Shown: in pieces, positions 45,828-54,407 of the stretch
Layout: the number at the start of each line of letters is the position of its first letter
How positions within the stretch are numbered: position 1 is the first letter of the stretch
Assembly (NCBI GenBank): GCA_023393015.1
Contig: JAEWMY010000037.1
Span: forward strand, 12,830-76,829
From: Spirochaetota bacterium
GTDB taxonomy: Bacteria; Spirochaetota; Spirochaetia; Treponematales; Treponemataceae
Length of the DNA: 64,000 nucleotides
Reading direction: 5' to 3'
The notes under the pieces: generated by a model
What the model was told of the DNA's origin: nothing
The model's database searches: none
Seen by the model: only the letters and a program-made list of their open reading frames with translations
Made by a program: the position numbers and the translations under genes

Positions 45828-47723
45828 ATGAAAGCGGCCGTTTTGAAAGCCTTCAATGGCGATATGACGAGAATTTATTCCATCGCCTACGTCCTTTCGG
45901 TTCCTCCCCTGATCCTGTTCGGAATCCGCTACATGGACATGTTCCGGGTCAACATTCCGCTTTTCGCCGGATGCGTCCTTCTGCAGGCCGTCATCAGCAT
46001 GACCGTGTACCGGCTGTTCCAGAGGGCCTCCCTCGGTAAAATCAAGCGGTACCTCAAGGGGACGGCGCGGGCGGACGCCGCTCTCAAGATCGCGGCCTTT
46101 TCCTATCCGGTTCGCCTGGCTTCCGCCATGATCGTCGACTGGATTCTCGTGCCGAACGCCGTAATCGTCCTGCCGTTTTACGTACTCTACGGAAATAATC
46201 CGGCGGACCTTCTGATCGCCAACTTGCTCCTCGTTTCGGGCGGTGTCGCCTCCGTTCCCGTAGCGTATTTCATCGGCGAATCCACGACCGCGCGTTTTTT
46301 GTCCCTGCCCGAAATAGCGCGACTTCCGACGCCTGAACTCGCGGGCGGTATCGGACTCGGGATGAAGGCCTTCGTGACGACATTTTCGGTTTTTCTCACG
46401 ATCCTTTTCAACATGGCCGCGCCGCTGATCCTGAGCCTCACGCACGACATCCGCATCCGCGACCTGTGGTTCGGCTATCTTCTCGTCGTCCTGCTCGGAA
46501 TCGTGATGGCGTCCTTCGTCGCGGTGTTTTTCTCGCGGTCCATGAAGCGGTCCGTCCGCTCGTCGATCGCCTTCCTCAGAAACCTCAAATCGCAGGACGG
46601 TAATCTCGCAGTCGAGTTCCCGCGGCTTTCGGACGACGAACTTGGCGAGCTGTCGGACCTCTTCGATTCCTTCGTCGAAAAGCTCGACTCGATCATCTCG
46701 ACGGTAAAGCAGAAAACGCGGAACGCCGCCGAGAGGAGCCTCGACATGATCCGCGCGGTGGACAGCGCCTCGGCTTCCATGGGAGAGATCGAGACGCTCG
46801 CCGCGGCGGTGCGCGCCTCGGTCGTCGACGAGGCCGCGATAGTGGAAGAAGTCTCGTCTACCGTCGAGGAAATCGTCAGGACGATCGAAAACCAGGACAG
46901 GAAGGTGCTGTCCCAGTCATCCTGCGTGTCCGAGAGCACCGCTGCGGTCACCGAGATGCTCGCCAACATCGAATCAATCGCGAAAAACCTACAGCGGAGC
47001 ACCGAGGAATACTCGAGGCTCAAGGAGAGAGTCGACGCTGGCGGTTCACACATGTCCAGGCTCAAGGGAATCGTGACGGAACTTTCCGATCGGGCCGAGG
47101 CGGTGGCGGAATCGAACAAGACGATCAAGGCGATCGCCTCGCAGACGAACATACTCTCCATGAACGCGGCGATCGAGGCGGCTCACGCGGGAGACGCGGG
47201 GCGCGGTTTTTCGGTCGTCGCCGACGAAATCAGGAAACTTGCCGAGACGTCGAACGTCCAGTCGCGGCATATCGAGGAGAGCGTCGCCGTCCTGAGGTCG
47301 TCGGTTGCCGACGTCATGAAGCTCTCGGGAGGTATGGGTTCCTCGCTCGCGGACATAGAGAAATCCGCGACGGCCGTCATGAATCTAGAGCGGGAAATCA
47401 AGGACTCGATCAACGAGCAGTCAAGCGGGTCGACCCAGATGTCGGAGGCCCTCAGGGACATACTGCAGGTCACCGAAGAGGTCCGATCGGGATCGGCCGA
47501 GATGCTCGCGGGAAGCCGGACCATCCTCGAGGAGATCAAGCGCCTCGTGGACATTTCGGTTTCCGTCCGCACGGCTACGGAGGAGATCGCGGAGAGATCC
47601 GCGAGCGCGAGGACCGAGGCGGCAAACGCGGACCGCGAGTCGGGCCAGACGTCCGGTGCCGTGCATGACATAGAGCGTGCGGTCGAGATATTCAGGGTCA
47701 GGGAAGAGATTCCCACGATCTGA
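45828..47723 (+). CDS. Methyl-accepting chemotaxis protein with a multi-span membrane N-terminus and HAMP
   Basis: The ATG at 45828 follows GGAGGAAGA. There are ~8 hydrophobic spans instead of a periplasmic sensor, then HAMP and [38 protein letters not shown]. Confidence 0.9.
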   Translation: MKAAVLKAFNGDMTRIYSIAYVLSVPPLILFGIRYMDMFRVNIPLFAGCVLLQAVISMTVYRLFQRASLGKIKRYLKGTARADAALKIAAFSYPVRLASAMIVDWILVPNAVIVLPFYVLYGNNPADLLIANLLLVSGGVASVPVAYFIGESTTARFLSLPEIARLPTPELAGGIGLGMKAFVTTFSVFLTILFNMAAPLILSLTHDIRIRDLWFGYLLVVLLGIVMASFVAVFFSRSMKRSVRSSIAFLRNLKSQDGNLAVEFPRLSDDELGELSDLFDSFVEKLDSIISTVKQKTRNAAERSLDMIRAVDSASASMGEIETLAAAVRASVVDEAAIVEEVSSTVEEIVRTIENQDRKVLSQSSCVSESTAAVTEMLANIESIAKNLQRSTEEYSRLKERVDAGGSHMSRLKGIVTELSDRAEAVAESNKTIKAIASQTNILSMNAAIEAAHAGDAGRGFSVVADEIRKLAETSNVQSRHIEESVAVLRSSVADVMKLSGGMGSSLADIEKSATAVMNLEREIKDSINEQSSGSTQMSEALRDILQVTEEVRSGSAEMLAGSRTILEEIKRLVDISVSVRTATEEIAERSASARTEAANADRESGQTSGAVHDIERAVEIFRVREEIPTI

Positions 47724-47778
47724 ACGTATAAAACGCCGTGATCGTTAAACAATGCAGTAAGAAATCGGAGGCAGTGAA

Positions 47779-48978
47779 ATGAACGCGATACCAAAGGGTT
47801 TGCGGCCCGAAAGTCTCATGAAGCACATGCGCGCGCTGTGCAAGGAAATTCCGAGGAGGGTGCCTACGGGAGAAGGCGAGCGGAAGGCGGCGGAGTACGT
47901 GGTCTCTTCCCTCAAGGGGATGGGACTCGCCGATCCCTCGGTCGAGCCGTTCAAGGGAATCCCCACGCTCGGTCTTCCCGCGATTCTGACGACGGTACTG
48001 TGCCTCGCGGTCTTGCCGGTCGGGGCGTATTGCGGAATCGCGGGGAAGGTCTCGGCCGGCGCCGTCCTCTTTTTCGCCGCGCTTACGTTCTTTCAGCTGC
48101 TTTCCTGCAGGCCGCCGCTTTTTCGACGGATTATTGAACGCTGGAACAGCCAGAACGTCGTGAAGACGATTCCCGCGAAAGGAACGTCGAAGGGCCATGT
48201 CTATCTCGTCGGGCACCTTGACGCCAACAAGCAACGGTTCATCTTCCCGCCGCCATGGCCGATTCTCATGAAGTCCATGGAAACGTCCGTGGTCGTCCTC
48301 GCCGCCGGAACGGGCGCCTATTTCTGGGCCTCTGCTCTTTTCGGCTTTAACGTACCTTTGGTGTGGATGACCGCCGGAGCGTCCTTCCTCGCCTTCGCCC
48401 TTCTCTTGGCCGCCGACGAATTCCAGCCGACCATCGAGGGAGCGAACGACAACGCGACCGCCGTGTCGGTTCTTCTCGGTGTCGCAGAGACGCTCAAGGA
48501 TTCTCCGCTCGATAACGCCGACGTCACGCTTCTCTTTACCGGCTGCGAGGAAGTCGGCAATCACGGCATGATCGCTTATCTCGACAGGCACGCGCCGGCG
48601 AAGGACGGGACGCTGTGGATCGATATCGAGATGGTCGGTACGGGAAACATCGCCTACGCCACCAGGCATGGCATCAGCTATCTTACCGAGTATCGCCCCG
48701 GCGCGGGCGTCCTTTCGTACGCCGAGCGCGCGGCGAAGGAAAACCCCGACCTTGGCGTCACCGGCAGGGAAATGCTGATCCTGGAGGAAGTTTCCCCGCT
48801 CAGGTACAGGCGCTATGACGCCCTCTGCGTCGTCGGGTACAACAAGGAAGGTTACCTGCCGCACTGGCACCGCGTGAGCGACGATCTCGAGCATATCGAG
48901 CCCGAAACCCTCTCGCGCGCGGCGCGCTACGTGCACGCGATGCTTGCGACGATAGACTCGAGCCTGGGCGCCGTCTAG
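47779..48978 (+). CDS. M28-family metallopeptidase with internal hydrophobic segments
   Basis: VYLVGHLDAN, GANDNATAVSVLLGVAE, LLFTGCEEVGNHG and YLPHWH correspond to the M28 H/D/EE/D/H metal-ligand blocks. Several TM-like spans interrupt the domain. Confidence 0.8.
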   Translation: MNAIPKGLRPESLMKHMRALCKEIPRRVPTGEGERKAAEYVVSSLKGMGLADPSVEPFKGIPTLGLPAILTTVLCLAVLPVGAYCGIAGKVSAGAVLFFAALTFFQLLSCRPPLFRRIIERWNSQNVVKTIPAKGTSKGHVYLVGHLDANKQRFIFPPPWPILMKSMETSVVVLAAGTGAYFWASALFGFNVPLVWMTAGASFLAFALLLAADEFQPTIEGANDNATAVSVLLGVAETLKDSPLDNADVTLLFTGCEEVGNHGMIAYLDRHAPAKDGTLWIDIEMVGTGNIAYATRHGISYLTEYRPGAGVLSYAERAAKENPDLGVTGREMLILEEVSPLRYRRYDALCVVGYNKEGYLPHWHRVSDDLEHIEPETLSRAARYVHAMLATIDSSLGAV

Positions 48979-50324
48979 CGGTTCCCTTCGGCGAGTATTT
49001 TTTCGTACGTCTTTTCGTCGAGGGGGTATCGGTCTATGATGACGATTCCCGCGACGAGAACGGCGACGGGGACAGGGCCGATGAGGAGGCGGATCGCGAA
49101 CAGGGTCGCGGCCGACTGGACCTCGTCCGGCTCGAAGCCAGAAAGGCTCAGGATCAAACCGACGAGGCCGGGCGCGAGCGCGATTCCGAGTTTCGAGACG
49201 AAGGTCCACATCCCGTAGTACGCGCCTTCCTTTCGGTTTCCGGTGCGTACCGCCTCGACCTCGATGACGTCCGGGAGCATGGAAAAGGGCGGCACGTACG
49301 CGAACCCGATTCCGATACCCGCGATCACCATCACGATCAGCGTATAGGTCAGTCCGAAGACGTGCCCGAAGAGGAAGATCGCCGTGCAGCCGAGCGATAC
49401 GATACCGAGGGCGATCTGATAGAGCCTTTTTTTGCCGGTCTTTTTCGCGACAAGCACCGAGACGGGGATACAGAGCATTGCCGTGACCAGGAGGCAAATC
49501 ATCGCGATCGTCGTCTTTCCCTCGTTGTTATACATGTACTTGAAGTAGTATACGAGTATCGTCTGTACGAAGGTAATGCCGGTCAGGTTGCACGCGTAGA
49601 CGATAAGGAGACGCACGTACGCCTTGTTCTTGAAGACGTGCAGGAAGGTTTCGAAAAACCGTTCCGTAAGCGGGGCGTCGTTGGAGTGGTCCCGCTCGCG
49701 CACGGAAAGAAAGGTAACGAGCATGGAAAGGGCCATCACGATCCCGAAAACGAAACCTACATACGTAAAACCCAATCGCGTATCGTTTCCGGCAAGCTCT
49801 ACGACGGGAAGAACGACAGCCGCTCCAAGAATCGTGCCGATAACGGCGAAGCTGAAGCGAAACCCGTTCAGCGAATTCCGCTCGGCGTAGTCTTTCGTCA
49901 GTTCCGGTGTCAAGGAGCCGTAGGGAATATTGACGATCGTATAGGCCGTGTTGAGCGCGCACAGGACAAGCGCCGCCCACGCCACGCCCGCCGACTCGGA
50001 AGAAAAACGCGGAGCCGAGAAGAACCACCACATCGCGAGAAACAACGGGATCGATCCGAACAAGAGGTACGGCCGTCTGCGGCCGAAGCGGGTACGCGTC
50101 CGGTCGGAGACAAATCCCATGACGGGATCGGTTACCGCGTCCCATATCTTTCCGATCAGGATCGCGAAACCGGCGGCCGCCGCGGGGATACCGACGACGT
50201 CGGTCAGGTAAAAGAGGGACCAGAATCCCATGGCGGTGAAAAAGAGATTCCCGCCCATGTCGCCCACCCCGAAACCCAGTTTAACTCCGAGCGGGAGTTT
50301 TCCGTCTTTTCGCGTCATTACCAT
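48975..50324 (-). CDS. GPH-family (MFS_2, glycoside-pentoside-hexuronide:cation symporter-like) transporter
   Basis: LGFGVGDMGGNLFFTAMGFWSLFYLTDVVGIPAAAAGFAILIGKIWDAVTDPVMGFVSDRTRTRFGRRRPYLL is the GPH N-terminal signature. 12 predicted spans. Confidence 0.85.
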   Translation of the reverse strand: MVMTRKDGKLPLGVKLGFGVGDMGGNLFFTAMGFWSLFYLTDVVGIPAAAAGFAILIGKIWDAVTDPVMGFVSDRTRTRFGRRRPYLLFGSIPLFLAMWWFFSAPRFSSESAGVAWAALVLCALNTAYTIVNIPYGSLTPELTKDYAERNSLNGFRFSFAVIGTILGAAVVLPVVELAGNDTRLGFTYVGFVFGIVMALSMLVTFLSVRERDHSNDAPLTERFFETFLHVFKNKAYVRLLIVYACNLTGITFVQTILVYYFKYMYNNEGKTTIAMICLLVTAMLCIPVSVLVAKKTGKKRLYQIALGIVSLGCTAIFLFGHVFGLTYTLIVMVIAGIGIGFAYVPPFSMLPDVIEVEAVRTGNRKEGAYYGMWTFVSKLGIALAPGLVGLILSLSGFEPDEVQSAATLFAIRLLIGPVPVAVLVAGIVIIDRYPLDEKTYEKILAEGNR

Positions 50325-51753
50325 ACTCCTCGTTTTTCATCGCTTCAGCGCATTCAAGAAAGACCCGTTTCATTTCCGCGGTCACGTCTTCGACCGCCTG
50401 TTTTCTGTTATCCTTGTACGCGCCAAACCGGTCCCGAATCTCTATGGCGCTCCCCGCGACGACGATCGCCCTCTTTCTAAACGCGCCGGCGCGATGCGAG
50501 ATGTTTCCCCCGGCGAAGCGGGAGATGAGATCTTGCAGGTTGATCGCCGTTTCGACGACGCGGTCAAAAGACGGGGTTGGGCCGGACTCGCCGCCAAGAT
50601 ACCCGCTATCGAGATAGTAGGAGATGTCGACAAACTCCATGTGTCGCATCGCGAACCACGCCTCGCCCGCGCGGCGGTCGGCGAAGGAGCGCTCGAGCGC
50701 GCCGATCTTTCGCGCGGGGTCAAGCGAGTATATCCTGTCCCAGCATTCCTGCCTGAGCCGGTACACGCGCTGAATTTCGTCGGCTTGCGGATGCGCAGCT
50801 ATTCCGAGGGCGCGCTCGCCTTCCAGTAAGGCGATCTTCCGCAAGGCGTCCCATCGCGCGTCGCGGCCCTCGGCCTCGGCGCGTTTCCCGTACGTACGAA
50901 AGTAATGATCCTCCGCAAGGGAGAGCGCCTTCTCGTCGATGGTTTCAAGCCGCAGTTGCAAAGGGATGCTTGGCAGGTCGGGAGTGTCGATACCGCACGC
51001 CCGTTCCATCCCGCGTATCATCTTCGAGACTTTTTTTTCGTCCCGGGGATCGAAGCGGTGATGGACGGACAAGGGAAGGATGCGTACGCCTTCATTTCGC
51101 CGTTCCCTTTCGAGTTCTTCGGCGCACCAGAAACCCATTTGCGCGCTTCCCGTTTCGAGGCGCGGAACGGTTTCGCTCCGGTACGAAACCTGTCCTTCCG
51201 GGGCGAGCGCGATCGGGTACGGACCCGATCGGATGATCGAACGGATGTTCTTGATTCCCGCGCTGTCCGCCCTGACATGGTATACGGGAACGGCCCCGAT
51301 CCGCGGCAATATCCAGCGGAGAACCGAGCCGCCCCAGAGCGCGACCTCGTACCCGTGGATAAACCGCGCGTGCGGATGCCCCCGCAGAGAGATTCCCGCG
51401 CGCCGCGCCCGTCGTTTCAAGAGGACGTCAAAAAGATACGAGAAGACCTGCGGTTCGTCTCCGTACGGATGGCGAAAGGCGAGGATCAAGCGGGTCTTTC
51501 CGTCTTGAAAGGCTTTCCACTCGGAGATCAGGGAGTTCGGTTCCCGCGCGTTAACGCCCCGCAATTCGATCGACGTAAACCGGAGAAAAAACTTGAGATA
51601 TATCGGGGAGAGTATCCTGAGAACGCGTAGTACGGACGGCGAGGGACTCGACGCCTTCAGTGGACGACGATACCGTGCCTTCGCGATCGGTTCGTACGGA
51701 AGTCTTCTGAAAATCATTTCTAGCAGTATCGGGTCGTTCCGGGTAATTGTCAA
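50281..51753 (-). CDS. Putative lysophospholipid/glycerol-phosphate acyltransferase-family (PlsC-like) protein
   Basis: LILAFRHPYGDEPQVF (H-x-x-x-D/E block) and IALAPEGQVSY (the EG-type block III) resemble LPLAT motifs, with a long C-terminal helical extension. The start is uncertain (TTG 51753 or ATG 51717). It overlaps the transporter start by 44 nt. Confidence 0.55.
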   Translation of the reverse strand: MTITRNDPILLEMIFRRLPYEPIAKARYRRPLKASSPSPSVLRVLRILSPIYLKFFLRFTSIELRGVNAREPNSLISEWKAFQDGKTRLILAFRHPYGDEPQVFSYLFDVLLKRRARRAGISLRGHPHARFIHGYEVALWGGSVLRWILPRIGAVPVYHVRADSAGIKNIRSIIRSGPYPIALAPEGQVSYRSETVPRLETGSAQMGFWCAEELERERRNEGVRILPLSVHHRFDPRDEKKVSKMIRGMERACGIDTPDLPSIPLQLRLETIDEKALSLAEDHYFRTYGKRAEAEGRDARWDALRKIALLEGERALGIAAHPQADEIQRVYRLRQECWDRIYSLDPARKIGALERSFADRRAGEAWFAMRHMEFVDISYYLDSGYLGGESGPTPSFDRVVETAINLQDLISRFAGGNISHRAGAFRKRAIVVAGSAIEIRDRFGAYKDNRKQAVEDVTAEMKRVFLECAEAMKNEEYGNDAKRRKTPARS

Positions 51754-51892
51754 ACGGGAAAGGACAGAGGGGAATGATCATGCCGCATGGAAAGCGGTTC
51801 CGTCATCCGGAAACGGAGAATCGCAATTGGTACTAGTGTCAGGTAGATACCGACGCACCACTGAGTCGTCGTATCGTGGTATACTCTACGGT

Positions 51893-53325
51893 ATGAAAAA
51901 GACACGACTGACCGCGTTGATCCTGCTGGCCGCCCTTTTTATGGCTTGTCAGTATGATGAGCCCGACGATAGCGGGTATTTCAGCTGAGAACCGACGGGG
52001 ATCCCGCCTGAAGAGAACGGCTTTTACCACGCCGACGGGCGGCTGATCGTTGACGGGAGCGGAACTACCTACGTCATTCGGGGCGTGGCCTTCGGGAATA
52101 CTGTTTGGGCCAATCCGGCAAACCCGCCGGCCAACCACCACGGAGAGATCGACTACGAACGGGCCGCCGCCATGGGGTTCAATCGCGTCAGGTTTTATTT
52201 CAACTACGGCATTTTTGAGGACGACGCCGCACCGTACGCCTACAAGCAGAGCGGCTTTGACTGGATAGATCAGAACATCGCCTGGGCGAAGGCGCACGGC
52301 ATCACGCTTATCGTCAATATGCACTGCCCCCAGGGAGACTTCCAGTCCAACGGCGCGGGAGATGCCCTGTGGAATATTCCGTCCAACCGACAACGGTTCG
52401 TCGCTCTCTGGAAGGAGATCGCCAGCCGTTATGCGGACGAACCGGCGATCCTCGGCTGGGATCTTCTCAACGAACCGGTCGTGACAAAAAGCCTGAACCA
52501 ATTGCGCGATTTGGCCGCCGAACCAGAACGGCGAGATGAATTTCTTCTTGCTGAACGACAGGAACGTCATGTACGAGTTCCACACTTACGCTCCGATGGC
52601 CTTCACTCATCAGGACGCGGACTGGATCGACGCGATGAAGGACGTTGACTCGGCCTGGCCGGATCGCCCTTTCGGGAAGCAATTTGGGTGGCGGCACCGT
52701 CTTGATTGACGATATCGTCGTGACCGAATTTGCCCCCGACGGTACCGAGCTCCGGTCAGTGGCTTTCAGGTACGACATCAACCATAAACAGTATTACTGG
52801 TCAAAACCGGTAAAGGGATCGGGAACCTGGTCTTCCGACCAGGGAAGGAATGGCTCGGGCTGTTTGATAATGACCGGTTCGGGTGCTGAGGCGGTGCTGA
52901 CCGACGAAACCACTGGCGTTATCCTGACTCCGGGAAACTCCTGGACCGTCAGCGGCTGGATGAAGGGAACGTCCGTTCCGACCAGTGCCTGGGCACGGTT
53001 GCGGCTGGATTTTTACACGGCCGACCGGGAAATCCTTATTTGGGACACATCATATCTGGAAGAAGAACTGGACAAGTATGTGTCGTTCGGTGAACGGCAC
53101 GAGGTGCCTTTGTATCTCGGGGAGTTCGGGTGCATCAGGCAGGCGTTCGAAGGGGATCGAGGAGGATTGTCGTGGGTCAGCGACATTCTGGATCTCTGCC
53201 AAGACAAGGGATTGAACTACAATTACCATACTTGGCATGATGAGAATTTCGGCCTTTGAACCAAAAGCGCCGACGTGCCGCCCGCCGATCCCAACCAGCC
53301 GCTTATTGAGCTGTTTACTGAATAG
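51893..53325 (+). pseudogene. Decayed GH5 (cellulase-family) lipoprotein gene: two in-frame TGA codons and two frameshifts
   Basis: Lipoprotein leader MKKTRLTALILLAALFMAC, then TGA at 51986-51988. The same frame continues GFYHADGRLIVDGSGTTYVIRGVAFGN...GWDLLNEP (acid/base motif). It shifts to frame 0 (NVMYEFHTYAPMAFTHQ), then to frame 1 (...LYLGEFG nucleophile motif...YHTWHDENFGL). A TGA follows at 53257-53259, then TKSADVPPADPNQPLIELFTE and TAG at 53323-53325. Confidence 0.75.
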
Positions 53326-53346
53326 CAGAGACCCTGATCGGTGGGG

Positions 53347-53378
53347 ATGTCGCTCCGGATCGATTCCCTTTCTTGCCA
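53347..53378 (+). repeat. Direct repeat copy 1 containing an inverted copy of the tRNA-Thr 3' end
   Basis: atgtcgctccggatcgattccctttcttgcca. It is near-identical to 53535-53567 (2 differences). cgattccctttcttg(g)c is the reverse complement of the tRNA-Thr T-arm/acceptor 3' strand as written on the + strand. Confidence 0.85.
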
Positions 53379-53384
53379 TGAGAT

Positions 53385-53423
53385 AACAAAAAAGGCCAGT
53401 CTTGCGACTGACCTTTTTTTGTT
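53385..53423. terminator. Bidirectional terminator-like hairpin A
   Basis: AACAAAAAA-GGCCAGTC-ttgc-GACTGACC-TTTTTTTGTT. The A-tract and T-tract flank an 8-bp stem with one mismatch. Confidence 0.6.
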
Positions 53424-53425
53424 AA

Positions 53426-53565
53426 GCCAAGAAATGGAATCGCCCTCCAGTCGCGCGCAATCCTGCGCGCTCCTTCCAGGCCGCCTGCGCGACTCTCGCC
53501 GCATCCATGCGGCTCGCCCGTCCCCATGGACGGGACGTCGCTCCGGATCGATTCCCTTTCTTGGC
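53426..53565 (-). other. 140-nt GC-rich structured element closed by a 17-bp helix made of tRNA-Thr 3'-end-like sequence
   Basis: Minus-strand reading: GCCAAGAAAGGGAATCG ... CGATTCCATTTCTTGGC, with ends complementary at 16 of 17 positions. Internal hairpins are CCCGTCC-ATGG-GGACGGG, GCCGCAT-GG-ATGCGGC and AGTCGCGC...GCGCGACT / GCGCGC-AGGATT-GCGCGC. It is bracketed by hairpins A and B. Confidence 0.5.
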
Positions 53566-53567
53566 CA
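53535..53567 (+). repeat. Direct repeat copy 2 containing an inverted copy of the tRNA-Thr 3' end
   Basis: acgtcgctccggatcgattccctttcttggcca. The segment 53549-53565 is a perfect 17-nt inverted repeat of tRNA positions 53611-53627. Confidence 0.85.
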
Positions 53568-53569
53568 AG

Positions 53570-53607
53570 AAAAAAAACAACCGGCCCCGAAGGACCGGTT
53601 GTTTTTT
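53570..53607. terminator. Bidirectional Rho-independent terminator B (terminates tRNA-Thr on the minus strand)
   Basis: AAAAAAAACAACCGG-CCCCGAAGGA-CCGGTTGTTTTTT. On the minus strand it gives a hairpin followed by T8, starting 3 nt after the tRNA 3' end. Confidence 0.75.
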
Positions 53608-53609
53608 CT

Positions 53610-53682
53610 AGCCAAGAAAGGGAATCGAACCCTTGACCTGCACGTTACGAGGGTGCTGCTCTGCCGACTGAGCTATCTTGGC
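53610..53682 (-). tRNA. tRNA-Thr (anticodon CGU)
   Basis: Minus-strand sequence GCCAAGA-TA-GCTC-AGTCGGCA-GAGC-A-GCACC-CTCGTAA-CGTGC-AGGTC-AAGGG-TTCGATT-CCCTT-TCTTGGC-T. It forms a full cloverleaf with U33, A37 and the GTTCGA T-loop. There is one C-C mismatch at 31-39, and no encoded CCA. Confidence 0.88.
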
Positions 53683-53756
53683 GCGTGGGGTAATACTAGC
53701 AAAAAAGGGGAGAAGCGTCAATTATCGGTCGTACGATCGCCCCGCGACGGGACCGA

Positions 53757-54404
53757 CTAGGCCTCTTCCTTGCTCCGGCGGGCGTTGACGTAGCGGGAGA
53801 GCTCGGTGATGTTCTTGACGACGATACGATCTTCGTAGATTTCCATCTTTCCCTGGTCGATGAACCGGTGCATCTCGTCCTCGACCATCTCCACGGGGAG
53901 GCCGGCCCAGCGCGCGACCTCGTCGAGGGTGATCGTGAAGTGTCGTATCTCCGTCGTGCGGTCGATGTTCGGCTGGGTTTCGTCGAGCATGAGGAATACG
54001 TCGCCGACCCGCGGCATGTTTTCGGGAACGGTGAGTATCATGAAACGGCGTTTTTGGGCGTAAATGCGCTTCACGAAGGTCTTCAGGAGCTTCATCGCGA
54101 TGGCCGGGTTGCCCATCATGAGAACCTCGAAATTCGCCTTGTTGAACTCGAGCGCCTTGACGTCGTCGTAGGCGATCGCCGTGGCCGAACGGGGAGAGTT
54201 CTCGAGTATGGCCATCTCCCCGAAAATCTCGGACGGCTGAAGGATATCGAGGTTTTTCTCGAAACCGTTCACGATCTTGATGAGCTGCACGCGACCCGAC
54301 TGAATGAGGTAAAAGCAGTCGCCCGGCTCGAACTCGGAGAAGATTACCGATCCCTTGGGAAAGGTCTTGGCGAACCGCGAAAACGCGGCGAATACGTCAC
54401 TCAT
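53757..54404 (-). CDS. Crp/Fnr-family regulator (cNMP-binding domain plus C-terminal HTH)
   Basis: FPKGSVIFSEFEPGDCFYLIQSGRVQLIKIV...IFGEMAILENSPRSATAIA (cNMP-binding beta-barrel) and ITLDEVARWAGLPVEMVEDEMHRFIDQG (HTH). Confidence 0.85.
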   Translation of the reverse strand: MSDVFAAFSRFAKTFPKGSVIFSEFEPGDCFYLIQSGRVQLIKIVNGFEKNLDILQPSEIFGEMAILENSPRSATAIAYDDVKALEFNKANFEVLMMGNPAIAMKLLKTFVKRIYAQKRRFMILTVPENMPRVGDVFLMLDETQPNIDRTTEIRHFTITLDEVARWAGLPVEMVEDEMHRFIDQGKMEIYEDRIVVKNITELSRYVNARRSKEEA

Positions 54405-54407
54405 GCG

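Noticed and set aside
51986-53259. In-frame TGA (GH5 gene) and TAG (DinB gene, 32750-32752) as evidence for a reassigned genetic code, selenocysteine or pyrrolysine.
   Set aside because: TGA and TAG terminate many intact neighbouring genes in this window (for example phnC, phnL and the DUF2339-like gene end in TGA, and phnE2 and the phn-linked PHP gene end in TAG). I recognised no SECIS-like hairpin after the TGAs. The GH5 gene also has frameshifts. Ordinary pseudogenisation or a sequencing error is the simpler explanation.
53426-53567. Interpreting the 140-nt GC-rich element, or the + strand repeat copies, as a second tRNA, a tRNA pseudogene with an intron, or a tmRNA.
   Set aside because: No cloverleaf can be drawn. 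The candidate anticodon stems give 4- or 6-nt loops, the T-arm 5' strand does not pair, there is no matching acceptor 5' strand on the + strand, and there is no tag-peptide reading frame or GGTTCGA T-loop. Only the last ~20 nt resemble the tRNA.
53341-53760. 139-aa + strand ORF spanning the repeat array and the tRNA-Thr gene.
   Set aside because: It reads through terminator hairpins and the antisense of a tRNA, has no RBS and gives a low-complexity translation. It is an artefact.
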